Positions 42,735-54,520 of a DNA stretch of 64,000 nucleotides are shown one piece after another. The notes beneath the pieces are model-generated. The model was given only the letters and a program-made list of their open reading frames with translations. It made no database searches and had not been told where the DNA came from. Positions within the stretch are counted from its first letter, which is position 1; every line of letters starts with the position of its first letter. Source of the stretch: Epithemia pelagica. Its lineage: Eukaryota; Protista; Bacillariophyta. A program made the translations under genes and the position numbers. Location: positions 992,001 to 1,056,000 of the forward strand of contig OX337233.1 in assembly GCA_946965045.2 (NCBI GenBank). The letters are read 5' to 3'.

Positions 42735-45432
42735 TCACTCTCCTAGTTTCAGCTGCCAATCTGTTACGCATGTGTCCAGATCTTTCATCACCACATGACT
42801 TCCCATGGTAGTCATGAAACTTCCTTGGATGATCATGGCACGTGGTTCCAAGGATTCCAATGCAGAAGAAAACGGCTTGTTGTTCAAGTCTGAAAGGTCC
42901 ACCATACACGGTACATCTTCGACAATCGAGTCAACCTTGACAATGAATACTCGAAATCCGCGGAAATAACGATCGGAGGAGTAATCCGACACGCGCAGAG
43001 GAAGAATGAGCCGTCCCGTTTCTGGATTGAACCGAATCGCATTCTTATTTCGCAACCCTTCGGAATCGGACCAAATGTTGGAACTCGTTTCAATGAGAAA
43101 CCGGGCGGAAATTCGGACATTGTCCAACGCACGGGCATCAAACACAGAGATGGACATGCCCAGGACTCTTCCTCGTTCATCCGCCTCTTGACCAATGGCC
43201 AACATGCTGATTTGTCGTCATTCATGGGTTCTAGGTAACTGCTCCATCCTGTGATATTGTCCAGTTCTCCGGCAATCGCGAGGTTGTATGGATCGCTCGT
43301 GTCCAGAACATAAAAGGGATCCATACGAAGAAAGGTAACGGCATAGGCCTTGTCCTTATAGAATCGCACCGTCGTAAAGACTTCCCCTTCTTTTCCCAAT
43401 TTGAGACGATCCATTTCTTGCATTCTCCCCTTTTTGCCCTGCAAATCCATGGTAATGACCCAATTCTCGGTTTTAGGGACAGTGAACACAACATCTTGTC
43501 GTTCTTGTAGTTGTCGACGCCCCCGTAACAACCAGGCAGGTTCTCGTCTCCACCAGGTCCATTGCTCTTGGATTGTGGTGGCCACTTGTAGGACGGAATC
43601 CTCGACACGAAAGGAGTACTGACCCATGACGTTTCCTTGTACATTGCCCAGGGCCTTGGGGGTTGAGACTGCTTCATTCAAATCATAGGCTACAAGAAAG
43701 GTGGAACGGACAAAGCGTTTCTGGGGGGCTTGATAATCATATCCCTCGGTGGCTACTACCAACGTGTCATTGGCGGCGTACACCTTGGTACTCCATGGCG
43801 CGGCTGGGAAGAACGTGGCCGTCGATCGAAGACACTGCAAGGCCTTGCCTTGCCCCGATTGAACGTCTTGCAAATCAAAGGAATAAATGCTCATGAGTGA
43901 TTGCGCAAAGCCCATATTGTAGAGATAGTGTTCCAAGCCCGAAGCTGCCTTGGGTGTGGCTTCGGTCGCCCATCGGTTGAGCCGTACCATGCGTGGCAAT
44001 TCGTTGCATTCGCTCAGTTCTTGTGACAATAGCTTGACAAAGGTGGGAATCATTTCTTGAGTCGCCACTTCTCGGACTCGATTGGTGTAGGCAGCGTCAT
44101 CCAAACCCTCAAAGGTGGGTCGGTAGCGCACCATGGGCTCAAAGAGAAAAAAGAAAAAGTCGAGCGTCGTGCTCGTCACGACATGAACACTCGTACCAAT
44201 GGATCGAATGGATTGATAGCTCCCATGAATATCCTTGCTTTCCAGGAGTCGAAGCTCAACGCCTGGTTTATCCTCAAAAGTTTGAATTTCATAGACGAGC
44301 AGTCGAGTTTCTCGATACGAATTGAGAATCCGTGACGTTTCAATTCGGGAATGAAGTCGTACGCCTCCCACTACGACCACCAACTGATTTTCTTGGAGTA
44401 AGAGGGTGTGAATGCGAATATATTGTGCTTCTTCTTTGGATTCTTGATCTGTCAGGGACAGTGGAGCAACAATTTACCATCCGTCACATTCTAGCAAACC
44501 AGAGAACTACCATAGGACGCCACAGCTGTATGTAAAACGAGTACAACAGAGTGAGATATGGGGGAGAAGTATCCAAGACCAGCACACTATCATAGAATGC
44601 TCTTACCAATCTTTCCATCCGTTACTACTTGATCTCCTTCGTGTACTCCATCTTCCTGATTGTTGGTTTCAAAGTCATTGACATCATTTCCTACGCTCTC
44701 TTTATGATTCGGAGGAGGAGCCGCCGCAGTCCGAGGAGTTGCACTCATGGTCATGGTAGGAGCACCGTCAGCCATCATATCGATCGCCGCAATACCCGTC
44801 AATCCAAAGGAGGAATAGGCATCCACACCTAGTTGTTGTCCTACAACACCATTGATATAGGATTTTGCCACTTTGGTCAAGTCGGCTTCAAATTCCTCTG
44901 GAGTTGCATATCCGCCAAGTACTTGTTCGGAAAGCAAGGGCACTTGATGTTCCTTGTCGTTCTCATTGAAGGGAGGATTGTAGGGTAGTTCAAAGTTATC
45001 CTCGCCGGAATGGCCCTTGATAAGTGCCAATGGTACAATCAGGGCTGTCGCAACGAGGACCAACAGGACGAGCACAAAGAGAGTCCATCGTGTGGCACTG
45101 CAATGAATCACAATGGGTCGATATGTTGTGGCAGACTTGGCGGCCGCCACTGTGGGTTCCACCATTTCTCCTTCTTCTTCTTCCAGGTCCGTCACTACGG
45201 TTGCCACGGGCGTAGCACTATGAATCACAAAAGTCTCATCCTCCTCCACAACGACCTCAGCCTTGGTGGCAGTGGTTACAGGGTCTGGAGAAGACAAAGT
45301 CGTTGCTGCTGCCGCCGTGGCTGTCTCGTTGTTCTGGTTGGAAGACATTATGGTTCCATCTCCTCCTTGTTGCTGTTGCTCTTGTTCTTGCGTGGCTACT
45401 TGGTTGTAGGTGGATCGCAAGATTCGCAACAT
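42735..45432 (-). pseudogene. Beta-propeller membrane protein, second disrupted copy
   Basis: Same TAG and frameshift as 11267-13965, plus an extra 1-bp deletion near 44461. Confidence 0.75.
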
Positions 45433-45533
45433 GTCTGTGCAGAGTAGTCAATACAATAGCTCACTGGTTGATCATCCACACGAAGTATTCGCTGTGATAG
45501 ATTCTATAACTTGGTGATGGTGTCAAACCAGAA

Positions 45534-46744
45534 ACAGAGCGATCGAAGCATTGTTGTAATGGGTGGATGCAACACTCGACAAGTGTCAGTCATCCAATCT
45601 TTCTTGGAGATGCTGTGTGATTTCACCCAACTGTCCACATCAATTGCTTGGCCCAGCAATGAAAGTCCGATTGCTGGTATCAATGATATCAACCGACGTC
45701 AGACGCGATGATTCCCTCATGTTGCATACACCCATGTATCGATTTTCATTGCGAACCGCAACAGCGATCGAAACATTGTTGTAATGGGTGGATGCAACAC
45801 TCGACAAGTGTCAGTCATCCAATGCTTCTTGGAGATGCTGTGTGATTTCACCCAACTGTCCACATCAATTGCTTGGCCCAGCAATGAAAGTCCGATTGCT
45901 GGTATCAATGATATCAACCGACGTCAGACGCGATAATTCCCTCATGTTGCATACACCCATTACAACAATGTTTCGATCTTCATTGCGAACCGCAAAAGCG
46001 ATCGAAACATTGTTGTAATGGGTGAATGCAACACTCAACAAGTGTCAGTCATCCAATGCTTCTTGGCGATGCTCACACTGTTCTCCACCACTGGTTTCCC
46101 CTCAAAGACACTCCATCACCACGAAAGGCAGGATGACTGCAACTCGTCGAGTGTTGCTGTCAATGATTACCACAATGCATCGATTGCGAAACGTAACAGA
46201 ATGCAATTGCACAACATTCGGTTGCGGTTCACAATCGATACATTATGGTAATGGGTGGGTACAACACTCGACCAGTGGAAGTCGTCCACTGCTTCGGCCG
46301 ACGACAAATGCGAGAATTCCCTCATGTTGCATCCACCCATACCACAATGAATCGATTGCGAACCGCGACAGCGCACGCAATCGATACATTGTCGTCATGG
46401 GTGGATGCACCACTCGATGCTTGGTGATTGCACCAAACCGTGTCCGTCAATCCATTCCATACAATCCGCCACCACAACTGCCAATGGCAGGAAGACTGGA
46501 ATTCGGCGAGTGTTACTGCCACTAATTCCCACAATGTATCGATTGTGAACCGCAACAGCACAACATTCTGGTGCACAGCAACAGCATAACATTCTGGTGC
46601 GGTTCACAATCGATACATTGCCGCAATGGGTGGATGCAACACTCACCACCACCACTGCTGCCAACGGCAGAAGGACTGCAACTCGTCAAGTGTTGACTAA
46701 TTACCACAAAATGTAAAGATTGAGAACCGCAACAGCACATCATT
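45534..46744 (-). pseudogene. Inverted copy of the Kelch/hairpin mosaic
   Basis: Mirror of 9957-11165. Confidence 0.85.
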
Positions 46745-48280
46745 GGATAGCTTTTTGAGAGATGTTCGGAGTTTTAGGATAGCTTTTTGAGAGACTTTCG
46801 GGAAAACTTTTGATCCCCGTACACTACTATATAACGAACCCAACCAGCAACGAATTGTGGGCACAATACCAAGAACCACGACTGATGTTTAGCGAAATTT
46901 GGGCGAGTAGCTAGCCCATGAGGGCAGCATAGCTAAGGACTCACTAATACGATTTTTACCCTGATACCATGCTCGTAATTTGGTTTATCAGACCCAATTG
47001 ACCTAATCAATGAGATGCTACACCCACCATGGCCTGGGAAGGTCGCAAAATATCTAGATCATTCGCTTTGAGAATGACTGTCCAAGGTTGGATACCTGTA
47101 CTCCCTTTTCTCTGCTAATATCTCGCCTGCAACGGGGCTCGAGATTGAGAAATGTGATGTGTGGTCGGCTTGTGCGCACACATCGGGCAATGGCAGACAC
47201 GCCGTTCATCCTGCCGCTGAAGGATGCCAGCTATACGGACACGTTCATTTACTTAATGACGTGCGCCGTCCTAGCAAACATGCAAGCTCTCAACTCCGAT
47301 TCTACTTTACTGCTCGCTCGCAGGTAGAACCGAAACAATGAGGTGAAGATACTCTGTATCGTCACTTTACTCGAAAGTCCGAAAGAGTTCCAACTAACAA
47401 GTAACAACAATGGCCGCTGTCTCTCCTCTCCAACTCCTCAACGTCTACATGGATGTGATCCTACAGATCATTGATCCTGCAGTGCGAAATGCCTTGAATG
47501 CCGAAATTTGCTCGAACACCCGAAAGCCGGGAGGACTGATTGCAAATCCAGACCCTGCTGGAGTCCCAGCAATGATTGCCAATCCAGGAGTCCTAATCCG
47601 ACACCTAGTAGAGAAGAAGCTCAAGATGCTGCGAAACTACATCGTCCACATTGGCAAAATCAATCGTACCTTTGCCGCCGTACCACCAACGTTAAACGAT
47701 CTCACCATTTTCTACCGATTCAAGGAAGGTGAGGATGGACATGATAACGACATCGAACTACCAGGCAACCTGACATCCGTGAAAAATATCCGAGTGGTTT
47801 TGGAAGATCTTGATAACTATCTCGAATGCAAACGTGGCGTGACCGGCATTCCCTTGGCCGCCTATACCAGGGAAAACCCCAATGTTCCTAATGAAGCTGA
47901 TGATCCCTACGGTTTTGGAAACCCAACGATCTTGGCAGAAATGATACGTCGAGCTCCTCATGAAGAACCAACTGCTGCTACCGATATGATAGCTGTTTGG
48001 GATGTGATTCGCCACATCACTCATGACGGACCTGGCTGGGGTTGGGTTATGCCTTTCAGCCGGACCAGGAATGGCCGTGCAGCCTATTTGGCCCTAAAAG
48101 GGCACTACCTCGGAGACGCCTTTCAAGCTCGCTTGAGAGCAAAGGCGGATCAATTGCTCGAGAGTACGTACTACGATGGCTCGAAAAGAAACTTTTCTTA
48201 TGAGCAATTCATCGAAACCCTTCAACGCGCCTTCACTGACTTGGAATCGACGGGAGAAATAGTAAGCCAAGAACAAAAGG

Positions 48281-49046
48281 TAGTAGAACTCTCATTGAGA
48301 ATTCAGAAGGGTAATAGGTAGTTGGGTAGGATAGGTAAAAGGCTCGCTGAGCCGACAATCGAATCACCAACCGATACAACAATCCTCCACGGGTCAGAGA
48401 AGAGTTGCAAGTTGAAGTCCGCCGTGGGTGGGGGCAGTCGGTCCACTGATAAGAGGTTAGTCTTAAGATGAGTGTTAAAATGGTGATATTAATGATTGTG
48501 AGATGATTACTAACTAAGGTGTTTGATGAAGGTCGAGGTCCTGGCTCTTGTATACGGCCATGGATCTGGTGTGATAGGTCCTCAAATGGTTGGAGTAGAC
48601 CTGCATTGTTGTATTGAAAGTATATGCAGTTGTATATCATATACCAATGCCAACAGCTCTTGCTTTGTTGTGATATAGGTAGTTTTCTTGGCGCGTTGTT
48701 GATTGCATTCTTGGAATTGTGGGAATGGAAATATGGTCTCGCGTGATCGTGATTCGTGCTTTGATTACTTAGGTCGTTGAGGTAAGTCGTGGAGGTGCTC
48801 ACTCGGATCGTGATTGCGCGCGCTTGAGAATATTGGGCGCGCACGTGATGGGCCATAGTCAATATCCGAGCGGTCGCCGATAGCGCGTGCATTGCGAGCA
48901 TGCCTTGGCCAAAATTATAGGTCCGCGAGCATGCCGTCATTCTTTTCTCACTTTTACACAAATGTCATCGGATGCCATAAAATACTAGCATCAGTCGATG
49001 TGTTGTAGATTCCACCACCACCTAGTTAAAGGTGAGAATCCTAACA
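48281..49046 (-). repeat. 3' LTR of Copia element 2, lacking the terminal 8 bp
   Basis: Starts tagtagaactc, whereas the other LTR starts tgttaatctagtagaactc. Confidence 0.9.
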
Positions 49047-52000
49047 CTCCCCACAATTCGTCGAGTGAGGATTGTTATTTTCCTTGTCATGCTTCTGAAC
49101 GTTTCCTCCCCAGAAGAATATGATCTTGAACGTGGTCCATACTTTCGAGCATTTCCAATGCTTACTGACAATGTATCCCAGACGCTCTCATAGGGATATC
49201 TCAGGCAATGAGTAATCAGTTCATCATTCTTCAGTTGGTAGGTCTTGTCGGTGCCCTTTGAGCTATGCTCCCCAGGTGCCTTCTTCATCCAAACATTGGG
49301 ATCTGCTTTAGTTGGTGACAAATCCATATCAAGTGGGATGTCAAAGAAACAGTCACGCCAACATGCTCCTGAAGATCTTAATCCTTTTGAGGCCTTGTGC
49401 GTAATCAAGATGTGACCTGATTCCTTGAGTTCTTGTCTTGCAACTATCAAGATCTTCTCTCCAGATGAAGCTTCCGGGTCGTGTGCAATTCCAACTTTTG
49501 CTCCCCATATATCCGTATCATTGAGAATCCCAAGACAGGTGGTTGTATGGAAGTTGTGAATGGAAGTAGTACACAAAAAGATTGCCTCAACCGGTTCTTT
49601 GGTAAAAGCCTCGTCTGTGATGAGAAGTGCTGGGCGACTATCATCATGTTTTACAAGATGGATTCGAATCTTGTTCTTGTGATACTCTTCTGGTGATGCA
49701 TTTATCATTTCCCTTCTCTTGAACTGAGCTTGAACGCAATCCTTGACTTTTGTGAGGGATTGGATCTGTGAAGCCTGAAAGAGCTCAACTTCAGTAGTGT
49801 CGTGCCACTTTCTTTTACCATGTTGCTTGTCTAACAAAACAACTAATTCTTCATTTGTCATTGAAACTTGATAACCAAACTTGTACTTGATGGAACGACA
49901 GACTTGCTTGATTCTTGACTGCTGTTTGGCAGCTTGAACAAGGCATTTACTGGTCTTGACAAAACGCTTGAGATGTTTCCATCCAAGTTCATTTAATAGG
50001 TCATGTTTCTTGGCATAGGCATCATTTACCATGAGTGACGGAGGCTCATAGATCATCTCCCCAGTCTCCCAATCAACAAGTATATTACAGTGACTTCTTT
50101 TGTAGTCAGGATTGTTGCTAATACTTGACGGTTCTTGATCTGCAACAACGTCTCTGAACTGAAAAACGTCATCTTCAGTTTCCTGTGCTTGGTTGTCCTG
50201 TTTGATGTATTCCATATGTTGACGGTATGAAATTATCTTGTCAATGTCGGAAATGGATTTGCAGAAAGTGTACTTGATACAGTCTTCTTGCTTGAGAGCA
50301 TCTTGTTCTAAATCAATGACGCATCTTATAAGACACGGTTGTGGTTGCTCCCCATTATACGGTTGTCGTTGCTCCCCATTTTCCTCTGGATCATAAACAA
50401 GGAAAGGTTGTCCAATAGTGTCATCATGTTTGATCGTTGGAATTTGCGTGGATGGATCTTCACCTTTGCTAGAAATGAGAACAATGTCAGCTTGCTTGCC
50501 GTTGGGTTCACTTGGAAGCGATTCCTCCCCTGAAGAGGTATCCACACAAAGGTTGCTGGGTGGCGTGGGTGCATCATGAAGAATGGCAGAGTAACAAAGG
50601 GTTTGAGTGTCCAGAGACAAAGTATCACCAATAGGAGGGGCAAAAACAAGCCAGTAGCCAAGTGTCGTGACAAAAGAGGGAGGGCAGGGACGGTAGGGAC
50701 GGTGGGAGATGGCAAATGATTCGGTAAAGTAGGGGGCCTTGTCCCAGATAAGGAAGAAAAGTGGGTGGGTAATGCCGGGTGGGCGACCATTGAGGATCTC
50801 AAGAGGGATATGGCCCGAAACGGTCACGACGTATGTTGTCCTCTTAACGGTCTGATAACGGTTCTCAGCCATGTTCTGATCTTGGAGGTATGGTTTGGAA
50901 CAGTATTCTCCAAGCAGGGGTGTGAAGAAGGAAGGCGTATCAGGTCCATGATCGTAAGGTAAATCCAAGAGAAGGTTGAGGTTACAGACAACACGATTGG
51001 TATACTTCCCAAAAGCATCATGCGGATTGTTGCCATCATTTTCAACAGTCCTTGAAGAAGGTGCCGTATCTTGCATGGGATCAAGATACCAATGATTATA
51101 GCCCGTCAATTGATTGTCACCGGAGAAAGTAGACATGCGAGAGAGCAGATTTCGAGATATCTCAACTTTCTGTTTACAGTTGTTGTTTTCGAGACAATCA
51201 TTAGGGATGGATGTTGCCTTGATATTGGACACAAAATTAGCAAGATCAGATGTTGGATGATTGACATCAATATTGGTCACAACTTGTGGAACCAACCGGG
51301 TAATCAGATCAAAGAAATTATCTTGATGGTCTTGGGAATCATCTTGAATCATGTCGTCAATCCATGCACGACCAGGGTCGGGATCAGGTTCCGGATCAAT
51401 GTCAAGAGTATGCGTCTGTTCCATGCATGCAGTTGTTGATGACGGATTCTGGGTAGACTTGTTGTACACAATGATTACTTGACGACTATTGTCGTTGAGT
51501 TTACTCCACAGATCTCTTGGAAGACTGATCTTTGGACGAAGCGAAGATGATTTCTTGGTCTTCACGTTAGTTCTCTTAATCATGCGGTGTTTTTCTTTGG
51601 GTGATAGATCTTTGATATCAAAATCTTGATCATATTGAAAGTCGCATTGCTTGGTATGCTTAAGTCGGTTAGACTTTGGTGCTCGAGTTGCTTGGTCATG
51701 ATCATATGCGGCATCAAGGAGAAGACGGAAATATGATTGATAACAAAGTGTCTTTGCACCAGACAAGATGTTGACTTGTCGTAAATCAGGTACCTTTTCA
51801 ACGGCTTTCATCAGGAAGGTCATCCTAGTGGAGTGGCCAGGAATGTGATCAAACATTGATCCCAGATTGTCGAGAAGATGGAATTGGTGTTGAAAGTGGA
51901 GAAGAAACTGATAGGTTGTGCCGTGCCATGAATCATCGAGACGAAGATTGGAGATGTAGTTGTTAAGACGTAGCACCTCTCTTTTTGCTAAACGAAATGA

Positions 52001-52441
52001 CGAAATGCAACCTTGGTTCAGACGGAGCTTGGTGAAGTCTGCATTGATTCTCCAATGATCATAATTGGCCTTGGTGAGGTTCAACCAGGTAGAGCGAGGT
52101 AAATCAGACTGCTGCAGGGTTGAGGTTTGTTCTCGTGACCAATGTGCTAGGATCTTCAGTTGATGCCTTGTAAATGTCTTCAGATCCATCGTCTTGTTCC
52201 CATACTTGTATTGTCCAAGGTCCTTGATATTCTTTTCTGGATTGACTGCAAGATAGTCGATGACATTCAGAATGTGTTCGAAACCACTATGTTTTATCCA
52301 TTGATGAAGGGCTTGAGCTCGTTCTTCATCACATTCAAATAGATGCTGGGTGATATGATTGAACACTTGTGTATCTGATATGTCAGGCGGTACTGAGTCG
52401 TCAGAAGGAAGAGAAGGTGTCTTGGGGTATGTTGGATCCAT
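49022..52441 (-). CDS. Degenerate but open gag-pol ORF (1139 aa) with internal deletions
   Basis: Recognisable pieces include GTTYQFLLHFQHQF, ISLPRDLWSKL, ILVDWETGE, KYKFGYQV, KIRIHL, KASKGLRSSGACW and PTKADPNVWMK. No integrase DDE core, RT (Y/W)VDD or RNase H motif is visible. Confidence 0.75.
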   Translation of the reverse strand: MDPTYPKTPSLPSDDSVPPDISDTQVFNHITQHLFECDEERAQALHQWIKHSGFEHILNVIDYLAVNPEKNIKDLGQYKYGNKTMDLKTFTRHQLKILAHWSREQTSTLQQSDLPRSTWLNLTKANYDHWRINADFTKLRLNQGCISSFRLAKREVLRLNNYISNLRLDDSWHGTTYQFLLHFQHQFHLLDNLGSMFDHIPGHSTRMTFLMKAVEKVPDLRQVNILSGAKTLCYQSYFRLLLDAAYDHDQATRAPKSNRLKHTKQCDFQYDQDFDIKDLSPKEKHRMIKRTNVKTKKSSSLRPKISLPRDLWSKLNDNSRQVIIVYNKSTQNPSSTTACMEQTHTLDIDPEPDPDPGRAWIDDMIQDDSQDHQDNFFDLITRLVPQVVTNIDVNHPTSDLANFVSNIKATSIPNDCLENNNCKQKVEISRNLLSRMSTFSGDNQLTGYNHWYLDPMQDTAPSSRTVENDGNNPHDAFGKYTNRVVCNLNLLLDLPYDHGPDTPSFFTPLLGEYCSKPYLQDQNMAENRYQTVKRTTYVVTVSGHIPLEILNGRPPGITHPLFFLIWDKAPYFTESFAISHRPYRPCPPSFVTTLGYWLVFAPPIGDTLSLDTQTLCYSAILHDAPTPPSNLCVDTSSGEESLPSEPNGKQADIVLISSKGEDPSTQIPTIKHDDTIGQPFLVYDPEENGEQRQPYNGEQPQPCLIRCVIDLEQDALKQEDCIKYTFCKSISDIDKIISYRQHMEYIKQDNQAQETEDDVFQFRDVVADQEPSSISNNPDYKRSHCNILVDWETGEMIYEPPSLMVNDAYAKKHDLLNELGWKHLKRFVKTSKCLVQAAKQQSRIKQVCRSIKYKFGYQVSMTNEELVVLLDKQHGKRKWHDTTEVELFQASQIQSLTKVKDCVQAQFKRREMINASPEEYHKNKIRIHLVKHDDSRPALLITDEAFTKEPVEAIFLCTTSIHNFHTTTCLGILNDTDIWGAKVGIAHDPEASSGEKILIVARQELKESGHILITHKASKGLRSSGACWRDCFFDIPLDMDLSPTKADPNVWMKKAPGEHSSKGTDKTYQLKNDELITHCLRYPYESVWDTLSVSIGNARKYGPRSRSYSSGEETFRSMTRKITILTRRIVGSVRILTFN

Positions 52442-52937
52442 GGTAGTATATGGTTGGTTCGTTGTTTAATAGATGTGTGGTGTGATCTGAACCCGGATGT
52501 ACCACGTGTGTGCCACGTATGTCAGTACCCGGATGTGTGTTGTGCTTGGAACCCGGATGTGCGGAACTCGGTTTTGTCTCTGGTTTGTTGTGGAAACTAC
52601 TTAAAGTTACTTATCCTTGGTCACTTCTGGACTCGTTGCGGTGATCGAGTTGAACCGGGGAGTCAGGAATAGTGGTAGCTTCCTCGTCTTGCTCGTAGTC
52701 CTCAACAAAGTACTGGTCAGGTGAGTATTGGGAAGGTAGTTGCACGGAGTCCTGGTCCAGCTTGAGGTCCTGGAATAGGAGAGGGTTGGTGACCCTAGCC
52801 TCAGCCAGGCTGGCCCTGTTGTTGGGTTGGGTAGTTTTGTCCTCTAACTCTTGTTTGTTGGGGTAGCTCAATCTGTAATGGGTGTAGATGGGTAAGTAAG
52901 GTATCCAATGCAACTGCAGGGCAATGAGCGATGAGAC

Positions 52938-53711
52938 TGTTAATCTAGTAGAACTCTCATTGAGAATTCAGAAGGGTAATAGGTAGTTGGGTAGGATAGG
53001 TAAAAGGCTCGCTGAGCCGACAATCGAATCACCAACCGATACAACAATCCTCCACGGGTCAGAGAAGAGTTGCAAGTCGAAGTCCGCCGTGGGTGGGGGC
53101 AGTCGGTCCACTGATAAGAGGTTAGTCTTAAGATGAGTGTTAAAATGGTGATATTAATGATTGTGAGATGATTACTAACTAAGGTGTTTGATGAAGGTCG
53201 AGGTCCTGGCTCTTGTATACGGCCATGGATCTGGTGTGATAGGTCCTCAAATGGTTGGAGTAGACCTGCATTGTTGTATTGAAAGTATATGCAGTTGTAT
53301 ATCATATACCAATGCCAACAGCTCTTGCTTTGTTGTGATATAGGTAGTTTTCTTGGCGCGTTGTTGATTGCATTCTTGGAATTGTGGGAATGGAAATATG
53401 GTCTCGCGTGATCGTGATTCGTGCTTTGATTACTTAGGTCGTTGAGGTAAGTCGTGGAGGTGCTCACTCGGATCGTGATTGCGCGCGCTTGAGAATATTG
53501 GGCGCGCACGTGATGGGCCATAGTCAATATCCGAGCGGTCGCCGATAGCGCGTGCATTGCGAGCATGCCTTGGCCAAAATTATATGTCCGCGAGCATGCC
53601 GTCATTCTTTTCTCACTTTTACACAAATGTCATCGGATGCCATAAAATACTAGCATCAGTCGATGTGTTGTAGATTCCACCACCACCTAGTTAAAGGTGA
53701 GAATCCTAACA
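52938..53711 (-). repeat. 5' LTR of Copia element 2 (774 bp, TG...CA)
   Basis: tgttaatc...aatcctaaca. Confidence 0.93.
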
Positions 53712-54520
53712 AAAGGTTCGCCTTCTCATGACAGGAGTGAATGACGCAAGACTGGAAAGCGCTAAGAACTAAATCTTAGCCACCCCGACACTCCGTGCTA
53801 CCTTTGAAAATGCCTCGAACTTCTTGGCCGAAGTGCTTGACAGTAAAGTTTCCTACAGTGCTGGAAGCCGAAAGCAGGCCCGCATCTCATCAATCAATAC
53901 AACTCCAAGTAAAGGAAAAGGAAAGAATAATAAAAATAACAAAAACAACGAGGATAAGAAAGAAGTGACGGATCGATACTATAAGCCCAATGAGTGGGCT
54001 AAGTTAACTGGAGAAGAACGACAACGTGTCAGGGATGCTCGCGAGAAACGAGACAAGAGACAAGGAGTTGGAGCCGTTTTAGGAAAGAAAAACCAATTGT
54101 TTGTGCAGCAGTAACTAGTTATATGAATTTTCTATAGTACCAATTATTTCTATGTGATATTTATCAAATAAGTTTTGAATTATGAAAAGTAGGAACACTC
54201 AAAGTCGGATGCGCAGTACGGGGACATAAGATTGGTACACCAGAGTTCCCCGCTCGACATGTGGAAGCAATGTGCATATATCTTTAGGATGAATTGTTTG
54301 GAATTGTCATTGTGATGAAAACTGGGGCTCGTCTAGATTGACAAACCGTGGTGAAGGTGCTCGTATGCCTAGCTGGGGTAGAGTCTTGGGACTTTCCTTT
54401 GGCGCTCTAACTGGACAAGAAGAGGGGCTATACGTCTGTCCATTGCTGGTATCCAGTCCTTATAGTAATGTACATGACAAATAGAAACGATGCCCAAAGA
54501 GAATTCTCGTAGCGTAAAAA

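Larger units (their letters stand above)
35905..46744 (-). repeat. Right arm of the 10.8-kb inverted duplication
   Basis: Reverse complement of 9957-20794. Confidence 0.97.
48281..53711 (-). mobile_element. Non-autonomous Ty1/copia (CoDi-like) LTR element 2, recent insertion
   Basis: LTRs at 48281-49046 and 52938-53711 with about 2 mismatches. Perfect 5-bp TSD aaagg (48276-48280 and 53712-53716). PPT-like gtggggag. One internal 1139-aa ORF. Confidence 0.92.
47410..54114 (+). mobile_element. gag: Diatom copia-type gag remnant (47410-48280 + 53717-54114), interrupted by Copia element 2; no pol or LTR pair visible
   Basis: Motifs LEDLDNYL...GVTGIPLAAYTR, GWGWVMPFSRTRNGRAAYLALKGHYLG and YYDGSKRNFSYEQF. 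Removing the insert and one TSD restores the frame (EQK/VRLLMTGVND), with a TAA at 53770-53772, and continues to DRYYKPNEWAKLT. Confidence 0.75.
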
